The translations under genes and the position numbers were made by a program. The notes below the pieces were generated by a model that saw nothing but the letters and a program-made list of their open reading frames with translations, did no database searches and had not been told where the DNA came from. From Desulfotalea psychrophila LSv54 (GTDB lineage: Bacteria > Desulfobacterota > Desulfobulbia > Desulfobulbales > Desulfocapsaceae), in NCBI RefSeq assembly GCF_000025945.1, contig NC_006138.1, positions 960,001-992,000 of the forward strand: a stretch of DNA of 32,000 nucleotides. Direction: 5' to 3'. Shown piece by piece: positions 17,901 through 25,845 of this stretch; position 1 is the stretch's first letter, and each line of letters opens with the position of its first letter.

Positions 17901-18186
17901 CCTAGAAGAATGTTCAATCCTTGATGATGCGTACATTTTTTATCGTAAAGCAAAGAGCATATGGGATCAAAGAGCACCTATACTTTCTCATGAAATTAAC
18001 GTTAAGTTGAAAGATTTGGAACAATCTAAAAGACTTAACGAAGTGCTTAAACTAGGGGAGAAAGATATAATCAGGCGGTGTTCTGTTTGGCTAAAAAGCG
18101 ATCCAGTCCCTAAATCAGGGAAGAGGGTGCACACAACCAACCATTCCACCGGACTCGTTGAAGCTCGCCGCAGAGCTTGTCGTTAG
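14956..18186 (+). CDS. Calcineurin-like phosphoesterase + STAND (NB-ARC-like) NTPase + C-terminal TPR-like/helical protein; candidate NLR-like defence protein
   Basis: Phosphoesterase motifs HLSDLQFG, ITGDLVEYG, VPGNHDIN, VHHN, LILHGHTHRG. P-loop GIGGQGKSALA (residues 412-419, nt 16189-16212 for GIGGQGKS). Walker B-like CLFVFDNVDQY, LILITCRPR, GHPLWLNLLA. Helical tail with TPR-like segments (ADAVESLGYVANRLLAMG, CDCSHNLALALRDSGRYAEAMEYF, GNIGRCLMLQGDYINAIQCLKKSAES, GYAAKWIAQCLEECSILDDAYIFYRKAKSI). AAGGA ribosome-binding site about 10 nt upstream. Confidence 0.9.
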   Translation: MIKNNSLTILHLSDLQFGKNHRFFQSNISEENFNFSTLQARLQTDLKIVKSKYDLEPDLIVITGDLVEYGQQSEFDQAKVFFNELASFLNVHISNVLIVPGNHDINRKACEAYFAECEADEKKPTLPYKPKWRHFKNFYNSFYSDISRKFDLETPFGCTEYPELKVAVANLNSTVQESHQEKDHYGLIGENQAQKIAEQLAKRKDEGWFNIAAVHHNVVRGAIEDDDNLRDSEMLQRVIGDHIDLILHGHTHRGKMHWWSPQLPVIGTGSASVEKSARPDEVPNQYQLLKFTGLGFTRYCRAFAPDEAKWIPDSRVNDDGVEEHEINFRNVHAAFPESLEQKTNTQNSNNIDTLPKELDGSSDQIPKIFSPTFKFPFTHYCDLPPVVDVWVGRDKQLTSVLSTKSGVVAITGIGGQGKSALAAKCLEQWKLNHPKSFWDWRDCREEGDRFHTQLLGQIERITDGAVGGEELAGAPTIDLVKYLFEIIGDRDCLFVFDNVDQYVNVNENSFVSGVSTFVNESLRGKHNCLILITCRPRITYPNIRFFEIYLDGLLFEDTIDLFNKRGVDIKKTGMLNTLNEVYTLTEGHPLWLNLLAIQISRDEKSSENILEELRNGEADNRARSMLRPIWKGLNVNQQQVLRCMAEIPRPMDSVQIHNCISGKIKTFNRFKRAFKTIKALSLVVKCESDDGNNKYDLHPLVRSFIKTEYATTKERLPYIDPIVCYLRQLIMGSSAKISTETSFDKLRMWSEKAELEIESGLMADAVESLGYVANRLLAMGYSEELFRVGKRIIDDFIINPSHYNEIKEFDELFQVIIEALIEFGHEADARRFLKNYEDFVEEGTALFIGFCSLMTWVEWHLYNYDEAIYWGERGRYLKKQSSIDTSCDCSHNLALALRDSGRYAEAMEYFLMGNSLESLFYADAESERDGSFWGNIGRCLMLQGDYINAIQCLKKSAESLGNDQGANGIKNQGYAAKWIAQCLEECSILDDAYIFYRKAKSIWDQRAPILSHEINVKLKDLEQSKRLNEVLKLGEKDIIRRCSVWLKSDPVPKSGKRVHTTNHSTGLVEARRRACR

Positions 18187-18479
18187 CTCCCACACCTCTC
18201 CTCCTCTTCTCCGAGTGGACTGGGAGGGGGAATGTGAAAAATGGCTCACAGAACCAACGCCCCTAGTGTCAGTTTGATTTCTCCCCTAATCTTGCCCTAT
18301 ACTATGGGTTCAAACTCGTGCCACCCCCAAACCTCAACCAGAGACTATCATGTATTGGCTTCTCACCAAATATCTGCTTACCGCGGCGATTGTTGTCCTG
18401 GTCTCGGAGGTGGCAAAGCGTAGCGACAGGTACTTCTCTTCCGGGTCTTGCAATCGCCTTTGTAGTTGCAGTGGCTTTT

Positions 18480-18640
18480 GTATTTTCTAGCATCCGCCAT
18501 TCCGCAGTGCTTCACTGCTGTTTTTCCTGCTCTTTCTAGTATCTAGTATCTCGTATCCGTCCTTGTCCTTTAAATTAAAAATGTTCTCCTCCGTGTTCTC
18601 TGTGCCCTCTGTGGTTAGCGGCTCTTGCTCTTATCTCTTT
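18480..18640. repeat. Dispersed composite repeat copy
   Basis: TAGTATC-TAGTATC-TCGTATC 18537-18557, GTCCTTGTCCTTTAAATTAAAA, and CCCTCTGTGGTTAGCGG near 18609. Confidence 0.7.
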
Positions 18641-18667
18641 TAGCCTGTCTATCGGCCAAAAAAAATC

Positions 18668-18700
18668 CCCTCCTCTTGCGAGGAGAGGGTCGTTACCTCT
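18668..18700. terminator. Possible rho-independent terminator
   Basis: AAAAAAAATCCCCTCCTCTTGCGAGGAGAGGG followed by a T-rich run near 18698; stem CTCCTC/GAGGAG with TTGC loop. Confidence 0.45.
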
Positions 18701-18830
18701 TTTTCTGTCCTTGCAGTCGCCCTTGTAGTAGTAGTGGCTTTTGCATTTTCTCGCATCTAACATCCGCCATTCCACTGCTGCTTTTTTGCCCTTTCTGACA
18801 GCTCCTAACTGAGAGCTTTCAGCTGCTTTT

Positions 18831-20627
18831 CTATTTCTTACAACAGCAGCATTGCGGACGCATATCCTCTTTCTTAATCCCGGCAACCATTACCGGAGCC
18901 TTCATGGCATCGCGACGGAAGGGTTCGCCCAGCTCCTGATTGACCAGTACCTCAATAAAGGTGGTCTTGCCCTCTTCCATTTGAACCCTTACGGCCTCTT
19001 TGAGCTGAGCTGTTAGATCGTCCGTGCAGGTAGCCTGAACGCCTATCAGGCCGCAGGCCTGGGCGATTTTTGCATAGGAGACATTGGGATCGAGCTCGGT
19101 GCCGACAAAGTTATCGGAATACCAGAGGGTGGTGTTTCGTTTTTCTGCGCCCCACTGGTAGTTACGAAAGATGATCATGGTGATTGGTGGCCAGTCCTTT
19201 CGACCGCAGGAGACCATCTCGTTCATGGAGATACCAAAGGCACCGTCGCCTGCCATGCCGATTACCGGAACATCCGGTTGGGCAATTTTAGCCCCGCAGA
19301 TTGCCGGAAAGCCGTATCCACAGGGACCGAACATACCGGGGGCCAGATATTTTCTGCCCTCTTCGAAGGTCGGATAGGCATTACCAATGGCACAGTTATT
19401 ACCGATATCAGAGGAGATGATGGCATTCTCTGGAATAACGGATTTCATCGCATTCCAGGCCTCACGGGGAGACATCTTATCTGGCTCACGATCACGGGCT
19501 CGTTTATTCCAACTGGTACCAGGATCATCCTCTTCGTGGACCAGGTTGGCCAGCTCTACGCTCCATTCTGCCTTGGTCTTGCCGATGTTTGCCTTGCGTA
19601 TTTCACGGTCTGTGTCGCCTGCTGTGGCTGTGAGTCGGTTAAGAATTCCCCGGGCAACCTTTTTAGCATCACCGATGATACCAACTTTTACCGCCTTGGT
19701 CAGACCGATACGATCTGGGTTTATATCAACTTGGATGATTGCCGCATTCTGTGGCCAGTAGTCAATCCCGTATCCCGGCAGGGTAGAAAAAGGGTTGAGT
19801 CGGGTACCAAGGGCCAGGACAACGTCGGCTTGGGCAATGAGTTCCATTCCTGCCTTTGAGCCGTTGTAACCAAGGGGGCCTGCGGCCAGTGGATGGCTGC
19901 CGGGGAAGGCGTCGTTATGCTGATAACCACAGCAGACTGGGGCGTCCAGACGTTCGGCCAGCTCTATGGTATCTTTTATGGCCCCGCCCAGGATAACACC
20001 GGCGCCGTTGAGGATGACGGGGAACTTTGCCTTAGAGAGAAGTTCTGCCGCCTTCTCCAGGGCCTTTTCTCCACCGGCGGGTCGTTCAAAATCAACGATG
20101 GCGGGGAGTTCAATTTCAATTACCTGGGTCCAGTAGTCACGGGGGATGTTGATCTGGGCCGGGGCAGAGGCCCGTTTGGCCTGCATGATTACCCGGTTGA
20201 GTACCTCGGCCATGCGCCGTGGGTCTCGGACCTCCTCTTGATAGGCGACCATATCTTTAAATACAGCCATCTGTTCAACTTCCTGAAAACCACCCTGGCC
20301 CATGGTTGCGTTTGCTGCCTGGGGGGTGACTAAGAGGAGTGGGGTGTGGTTCCAATAGGCTGTTTTGACGGGGGTGATAAAGTTGGTAATACCAGGACCG
20401 TTCTGGGCTACCATCATTGACATCTTGCCGGAGGCTCGGGTGTAACCATCGGCCATCATTCCGGCGTTACCCTCGTGGGCACAGTCCCAGAAGGTGATAC
20501 CTGCTTTGGGGAAGAGATCAGAGATAGGCATCATGGCAGAACCAATGATACCGAAAGCATGTTCAATGCCATGCATTTGAAGGACTGTGATAAAGGCCTC
20601 TTCCGTGGTCATTTTCATTTTAGTCAT
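18831..20627 (-). CDS. xsc: Sulfoacetaldehyde acetyltransferase (ThDP-dependent)
   Basis: TTEEAFITVLQMHGIEHAFGIIGSAMMPISDLFPKAGITFWDCAHEGNAGMMADGYTRASGKM and the downstream ThDP-binding region GMAGDGAFGISMNE...FRNYQWGAEKRN match Xsc. Unusual CCCCKK C-terminus. Confidence 0.93.
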   Translation of the reverse strand: MTKMKMTTEEAFITVLQMHGIEHAFGIIGSAMMPISDLFPKAGITFWDCAHEGNAGMMADGYTRASGKMSMMVAQNGPGITNFITPVKTAYWNHTPLLLVTPQAANATMGQGGFQEVEQMAVFKDMVAYQEEVRDPRRMAEVLNRVIMQAKRASAPAQINIPRDYWTQVIEIELPAIVDFERPAGGEKALEKAAELLSKAKFPVILNGAGVILGGAIKDTIELAERLDAPVCCGYQHNDAFPGSHPLAAGPLGYNGSKAGMELIAQADVVLALGTRLNPFSTLPGYGIDYWPQNAAIIQVDINPDRIGLTKAVKVGIIGDAKKVARGILNRLTATAGDTDREIRKANIGKTKAEWSVELANLVHEEDDPGTSWNKRARDREPDKMSPREAWNAMKSVIPENAIISSDIGNNCAIGNAYPTFEEGRKYLAPGMFGPCGYGFPAICGAKIAQPDVPVIGMAGDGAFGISMNEMVSCGRKDWPPITMIIFRNYQWGAEKRNTTLWYSDNFVGTELDPNVSYAKIAQACGLIGVQATCTDDLTAQLKEAVRVQMEEGKTTFIEVLVNQELGEPFRRDAMKAPVMVAGIKKEDMRPQCCCCKK

Positions 20628-21090
20628 TGCTGCACCTCAATAATTTAATCATGCCCTAAACCTATAGGGCGGTTGTACCTACGTATCAGGCAGGCTACTA
20701 AAGCTGCAATCGGGTAAACTGATCCTCCTAAGGATAACTTGGTAGTGGGCTGCCAAGACAGGTTGAGGTTAAAAGCTTAGGGGTTACAAAAAAACTGCTA
20801 TCTGTGCATTGTAGTGAGTAAAGACGGCATTGGCAATGTCAGGGAGAGGATTAGTAGACGGTGGGGGTGGGGGGCTTGCTTGCAGCTGAGTTATTTCAGG
20901 CTCTTGCCCAGAGGTAAGTTTTTTTGGTCTGGGGAGCGGCCCATCTCGGTCGTTCTGCTTTTTAATATTGAGTGATGGAGGAAGAGGTAAGATCTATTGA
21001 CAGACGGGGGAGGTTTAGGATCTTATGTGCTCTTCGGGGCAATGCCATCTGCAGGCTGACCTGCTCTTCAACGCACGATAAAGGACCACT

Positions 21091-22011
21091 ATGAATTTCA
21101 GGAAGATCGTTCAGGGCTTTTTCTTCTCTATCACCCTTCTCGCCGGTATTCGATTTATTTTCTATATTTCAGCGCTTAAACAGGGTCTGGATGCAGGACT
21201 AAAGCCCGGCCTAATTGAGGGATTCCTGCCCATAAGCGCCCTCATGGGCCTGAAGCAGTTGCTGGTGACGGGTGAGTGGGATATGATCCATCCCGCTGGT
21301 CTGACAATTTTCTTAATGGCAATTATAATGAGTGCTGTCTTTAAGAAGAGTTTTTGTAGCCATGTCTGCCCTCTCGGTTTTGTTTCGGAGACAGTCTCTC
21401 GCTTGAGCAGGAAAATCAAATTAAAGAGATGGCAGTTCGCTATATTGGCCAGTATTAAGTATCTGATCCTGGCCTTCTTCTCCTATGGGATACTGGTGCA
21501 GATGAATCCTGGCGCCATCGCCTCCTTTCTGCATAGCCCATTTAATATCGTGGCCGATGCCAGGATGCTGCACTTCTTTACATCCCCTTCCCGTACCACC
21601 CTGATAGTCTTGGCAATCGTTCTCTTTTGCACCCTTTTGCTCAGAAATGTCTGGTGTCGACTGCTCTGTCCCTATGGAGCTCTTCTCGGTTTAGTTTCAA
21701 CCCTCTCCCCCTTTCGGGTGAGGAGATCGCCCCAAAACTGCACCGGCTGTGGCGCCTGCAGCGCTGCCTGTCCAAATGATATAGAGGTGGAGAAGAGGGG
21801 CACTGTCTATAGTCCGGAGTGTATGGGCTGCTATGAATGTGTCAAAGCTAAAACTCAAGCGGACTGTCTGAGCGTCCCCCTGCCTCATTATGATAAGCTA
21901 CCTCTCTTGATAGCAGGGGTCGTTCTCGGAGTCTTTCTCTTGGCCTATTTTGGCGGTTATTGGGATTCGTCGGTTACCAATGCCGTTTATGGCAAGATTC
22001 TCTTGCCTTAG
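21091..22011 (+). CDS. NapH-like membrane protein with 4Fe-4S ferredoxin domain
   Basis: Multiple TM segments; CSHVCPLG and CRLLCPYG motifs; ferredoxin motifs CTGCGACSAACP and CMGCYECVKAKTQADC. Confidence 0.88.
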   Translation: MNFRKIVQGFFFSITLLAGIRFIFYISALKQGLDAGLKPGLIEGFLPISALMGLKQLLVTGEWDMIHPAGLTIFLMAIIMSAVFKKSFCSHVCPLGFVSETVSRLSRKIKLKRWQFAILASIKYLILAFFSYGILVQMNPGAIASFLHSPFNIVADARMLHFFTSPSRTTLIVLAIVLFCTLLLRNVWCRLLCPYGALLGLVSTLSPFRVRRSPQNCTGCGACSAACPNDIEVEKRGTVYSPECMGCYECVKAKTQADCLSVPLPHYDKLPLLIAGVVLGVFLLAYFGGYWDSSVTNAVYGKILLP

Positions 22012-22016
22012 ACCCT

Positions 22017-22736
22017 TTAGTCGGCGAGATAGTATTCCACCGTGGAGACAACCCGTATCTTTTTGATATGAGGGTTGTTTCTGTCGCGGGCACCGATACT
22101 GAACTGTCCTTGAGATGCTCGTTTGATCTTACCCAGTCGACTCTCGGAATCGCTGGCAAATTTTTCTGCCACCTCTCGAGCCTTTTTGGTGGCCTCTTCG
22201 ATCATCTCCGGTTTCACCTCGTTCAGGCGGTTAAAGATATACTCGGTCTGTCCCTGATAGTTGGCACTGGTGAAGACAATTCCCTGTTTACCAAGGCGAC
22301 CAAGAGCGCTTTTTATCTCTCTTACTGCCTTGATGTTATGGGAGTAAACGGTCACCGTCTGCTTGGCTGTATAGCGAAATTCAGGCAACTTATTGCCCCC
22401 ATACTGCTGGGCATATTTATCGACAATGGAGGGGCTGGAGAAGGAGATCTCTTCGTTTTTGATGGCAAATTGGAGGAGGAAGTCCTCTATCTTTTTATTG
22501 TTTTTTTCCACCGCCTCGTAGAGTTTGCTCAGGTCGTTGCCGGTGACGGAAAACTCGATGGGCCAGATCACGGTGTCGGCCTGATATTCCCGTTCGGACA
22601 GGCCCTTGACCCGTACGGTTCGGTCGAACTGCTTATACTCTATGGCCGCATTGGCCAGCAGGTATCCAAGGCTGGTAAGGCCTATTATCAGACAGATGCC
22701 CAAAAAATTGAAAGAGGGTGATGGTCTTGTGTTCAT
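22017..22736 (-). CDS. SIMPL-domain (DUF541) protein with N-terminal membrane anchor
   Basis: VRVKGLSEREYQADTVIWPIEFSVTGNDLSKLYEAVEKN...YTAKQTVTVYSHNIKAVREI...ATKKAREVAEKFASDSESRLGKIKRASQGQFSI. Confidence 0.85.
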   Translation of the reverse strand: MNTRPSPSFNFLGICLIIGLTSLGYLLANAAIEYKQFDRTVRVKGLSEREYQADTVIWPIEFSVTGNDLSKLYEAVEKNNKKIEDFLLQFAIKNEEISFSSPSIVDKYAQQYGGNKLPEFRYTAKQTVTVYSHNIKAVREIKSALGRLGKQGIVFTSANYQGQTEYIFNRLNEVKPEMIEEATKKAREVAEKFASDSESRLGKIKRASQGQFSIGARDRNNPHIKKIRVVSTVEYYLAD

Positions 22737-22817
22737 GTGAAATCCTTGAGGTTGATAAAAGTATTTAAATTTCCAATTTAGCTAAGAGGCAAGATGCCAT
22801 GTCTGGTCCTAACTCAC

Positions 22818-23441
22818 CTATTTTAAAATGTTTTTTATGGGTAGAGGATCGAGGAGATCCGCCTCTCCCTTCAGGGCATTGAGCAGGGAGAATGAGTGGA
22901 ATCTGGCCAGATCGGCCAGGCCTATTTTTGCTTCGACAATGATACCCTCGGCTAGCAGTCGTGCCCTGCAGGTTCCCGCCAGCAGGGGACTGTCTGGGGT
23001 AAGCCATCGCTTACCGTCAAAAAAGACAATATTGGCAATGGAGGTGTCGCCGATGAGGCCATCCACAACTATCAGGATATCGTCGCACTGCCCTTTCTGG
23101 CTCACCAGCTCATTTATGGCCTGTCGGTCGGTGAACTTGAAGGGATAGTGAATTGTCTCCACCTCAACGATCTTTAAGCTCTCTATCCTTCGTGCCTGAT
23201 AGGGGGAAAATTCGTAGCGGTAGTTCGTCTGGTCATAGAGAAAGCGGAGCTTATGGAGGCCCTTGGAAAACTTGCGGGGGATATGGATAATCTCTGCCAG
23301 CGTAAACGGTGACTCTGCCTGGTAGTAGCTGTGGAAGGTAGCGTCTAGCCTCTTTTGATGATAGTTAAGATGAAGCGCTTCACCATCCACAACCTGTACT
23401 GTCTCAACAAGTGGGAACATAGACCTTATCCACCATTTCAT
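22818..23441 (-). CDS. pabC: Aminotransferase class IV / aminodeoxychorismate lyase-like
   Basis: MKWWIRSMFPLVETVQVVDGEALHLNYHQKRLDATF...GDTSIANIVFFDGKRWLTPDSPLLAGTCRARLLAEG. ORF-track start at 23690 reads antisense-like sequence inside pabB, so it is trimmed to 23441 (or 23420). Confidence 0.85.
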   Translation of the reverse strand: MKWWIRSMFPLVETVQVVDGEALHLNYHQKRLDATFHSYYQAESPFTLAEIIHIPRKFSKGLHKLRFLYDQTNYRYEFSPYQARRIESLKIVEVETIHYPFKFTDRQAINELVSQKGQCDDILIVVDGLIGDTSIANIVFFDGKRWLTPDSPLLAGTCRARLLAEGIIVEAKIGLADLARFHSFSLLNALKGEADLLDPLPIKNILK

Positions 23442-24366
23442 TGTATTCGTTTTTTGGGAGGCTGTTGGCGGTAATACCGCCACCGCTACGAAATTGTAGT
23501 CCACCCTCGCCTCTCTCGATGAAGCGAATATTGACGGCGCTGTTGATATTTTCTCCATCAAAGATACCAAAGACACCGGTGAAGTAGCCGCGATCCTGCC
23601 CCTCTGCCTGGCCGATGATCTCCAACGTCTTCTGTTTCGGGGCCCCGCTGATGGAACCGGCGGGGAGGAGGGTGGCAATGATTCTGCCAATACCTGTCTG
23701 CCAGTCGGGGCCGAGATTTCCCTCTATCTCTGAGCTTACCTGCAGGAGGTTTTTCTTAATACTCTTAATGGTGCTGATAAAGCGGAATCTGTTCACCGAT
23801 ATATCTCTTGCTACCATGGCCAGGTCGTTACGGATCAGGTCAACAATGGTGTTATGCTCCCACTCCTCTTTTTGGTCGGCCAGGATTATTGCCTCGGCCC
23901 CCTCTATGTCGGCATCAATGGTGCCCTTCATGGGGTAGGAGTATATGCTGTTTTGAGCCGTTTTGATAAAACATTCCGGGGAGAAGAGGATGAATTGGTC
24001 TTTGAAGTAGAGCTTGTACTCTGCCTGGGCGAAGTTGAAAATCTCTTTCAGAGAAAAATTTGTCGCAATTTCGGTGGGGAAGGTGAGGTTGAGCAGATAG
24101 CTGTTGCCGGCCAGGATATTTTCTTCAACGATTTTAAATCGTTCCTGGTAGGTCTGGTAGTTCATGGGGGCAATATCGAGGCGAAGATTTTTCTCTGTTG
24201 TCTCCGGCGTGAAATTTTTTTCCGTGCCTACCTGGTAAAAGACCCCCTGCTCTGCGGTCTTGCTAAGGGGGAGGATGATCGGCTTTTGTAGTTCGAAATC
24301 GAGCAGAAAGAGGAAGGGGGTTCCGGCCTTGCCGTAGCTATTAGCCTGTTTGATAAACTCTTGCAT
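23404..24366 (-). CDS. pabB: Aminodeoxychorismate synthase component I
   Basis: Chorismate-binding signatures: YPMKGTIDADIEGA, EEWEHNTIVDLIRNDLAMVA, TLLPAGSISGAPKQKTLEII, YFTGVFGIFDG, GGGITANSLPKNEYNE. Confidence 0.93.
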   Translation of the reverse strand: MQEFIKQANSYGKAGTPFLFLLDFELQKPIILPLSKTAEQGVFYQVGTEKNFTPETTEKNLRLDIAPMNYQTYQERFKIVEENILAGNSYLLNLTFPTEIATNFSLKEIFNFAQAEYKLYFKDQFILFSPECFIKTAQNSIYSYPMKGTIDADIEGAEAIILADQKEEWEHNTIVDLIRNDLAMVARDISVNRFRFISTIKSIKKNLLQVSSEIEGNLGPDWQTGIGRIIATLLPAGSISGAPKQKTLEIIGQAEGQDRGYFTGVFGIFDGENINSAVNIRFIERGEGGLQFRSGGGITANSLPKNEYNEMVDKVYVPTC

Positions 24367-24368
24367 AG

Positions 24369-24947
24369 TTATGTCAGCTTAATGAAGTTTTCAAGTATTT
24401 TAAGGCCATGCTCTGTGATGTGGGATTCCGGATGAAATTGAATGCCCCAGATGGGTAGGTCTGTGACCCTGATGGCCATGATTACGCCTCGGGCGGAGAG
24501 GGCTGTTACGACAAGTCTTGCCGGTATGGTTTTTGGATCGACCAGCCAGGAGTGGTAGAGCCCCACGCGAAATTCTCTCGGTAGTCCGGAAAAGAGGGAG
24601 TCGTCTCTGAGGACTTGCATGGGCACGGCCTGACCATGAACCACGGGCAGCTGTTGGCTGAGATCGGCCCCGAAAAACTGGGCGATGGCCTGGTGACCTA
24701 GACAAATCCCTAAGATCGGCTTTGTCCTGTGGTAGCGCTGCAGCACTTCGAAGAGTTTTGGGAAGTCTTTGGGCAGTTCCGGGCCGGGTGAGATGATAAT
24801 CCCGTCGTATTTGTCCAGTTCTTCGATATCCAACTCATGGGTGTTGATAACCCGGAACTGAACTTCCGTCATGCCTCTCAGATAGTCGACGATATTATAG
24901 GTAAAGGAGTCGTTGTTATCGAGTAGGACTATTTTGCGCTTGGCCAT
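24369..24947 (-). CDS. pabA: Aminodeoxychorismate/anthranilate synthase component II (glutamine amidotransferase)
   Basis: LLDNNDSFTYNIVDYLR, IISPGPELPKD, ILGICLGHQAIAQFFGA, WGIQFHPESHITEHG. Confidence 0.93.
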   Translation of the reverse strand: MAKRKIVLLDNNDSFTYNIVDYLRGMTEVQFRVINTHELDIEELDKYDGIIISPGPELPKDFPKLFEVLQRYHRTKPILGICLGHQAIAQFFGADLSQQLPVVHGQAVPMQVLRDDSLFSGLPREFRVGLYHSWLVDPKTIPARLVVTALSARGVIMAIRVTDLPIWGIQFHPESHITEHGLKILENFIKLT

Positions 24948-25117
24948 CTGTTGATTATTGGAAAAACTGGGTTAATAGGTTGTGTTTACCGAAAATGATC
25001 CCACTATACACCCTCGCCCCTGTACTGCCTATTGGAATTTATTATGCCTCTTGCCAGCTATCAGTAGCAGTGAAGCATAGTGAAGTGGCGAAAAGCAAAA
25101 AGCAAAAAAAAGTTAAC

Positions 25118-25410
25118 CACAGAGGAAGAAGAGTACACAGAGGAAAATATTTTAGGTGAACTGCTTAAAAAAACAAAAACTTAATTTAGTTAAAAAACTC
25201 CTTGCCCTTGTATTTTTAAAGAGCTGGTAATGTGCAATTGTATTGTCTAATCAATGGAATAGATCTTCCTCTTGGCGAGGGTAGGTGTGCTGCCCTCTGT
25301 GCAGAAAAAGACATTAACCACAGAGCTCACAGAGTTCACAGAGGACAGGGGAAGAAGGTCGTTTTAGGTGAACTGCCTAAAAGATCAGGACTTAATTTAG
25401 TGTTGGGCCC
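25118..25410. repeat. Tandemly arranged copies of the AACCACAGAGG / TTTTAGGTGAACTGC module
   Basis: TTAACCACAGAGG near 25118 followed by TTTTAGGTGAACTGCTTAAAAA; second copy TTAACCACAGAGCTCACAGAGTTCACAGAGG...TTTTAGGTGAACTGCCTAAAA near 25309-25400. Confidence 0.8.
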
Positions 25411-25519
25411 CTGATGATTTCCTAGACATCCGGTTTAAGATGTAAGCCATCCTTCTGTTGCACATCTTTTTTTCCTATAGTTCTTTAATTTATGCCCTCT
25501 GTGTCCTCCCCTCCTCTGT

Positions 25520-25745
25520 GGTTAACCGTAGTTGCAGTTGTCCTTGCCCTTGCTCTTTCTTACAGCTTATAGCTGACAGCTAACAACTCGCCATTCCACT
25601 CCGCTTCACTGTTGTAATTGCAGTGGTTTTGGCATTTTCTAGTATCTAGAATCTCGTATCCGCCATTCCGCTTGTCACTCGTTTGACGCCACTCGTTGTC
25701 ACTCACTGCTACTCGCTGCTGCTTCACTGCTGTTTTTGTCTTTCT
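25520..25745. repeat. Dispersed composite repeat copy
   Basis: CCTCTGTGGTTAACCG; CTTACAGCTTATAGCTGACAGCTAACAACTCGCCATTCC; heptamers TAGTATC-TAGAATC-TCGTATC 25640-25660; CGCCATTCCGCTTGTCACTCGTTTGACGCCACTCGTTGTCACTCACTGCT. Confidence 0.8.
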
Positions 25746-25845
25746 TTTTGTTGTATGATCGTGGTCGATGAAAGATGAGGCTTTTTGGTTATCTGCAGGC
25801 ATTAAGCGGATATTTAACGGTGATAAATAGGAAGGAGAGGTTGTT

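Noticed and set aside
19278-20333. ORFs on the plus strand opposite xsc (e.g. 19278..19859 and 19893..20333)
   Set aside because: Antisense to the strongly supported xsc coding sequence, with no recognisable domains.
21960-22721. 253-aa plus-strand ORF MGFVGYQCRLWQDSLALDPLVGEIVFHRG...
   Set aside because: Overlaps the NapH-like gene end and is antisense to the SIMPL-domain gene; no family signal.
22818-23690. N-terminal extension of the pabC ORF (start 23690)
   Set aside because: The extra 83 residues overlap well-supported pabB coding sequence and look like out-of-frame translation; start moved to about 23441.
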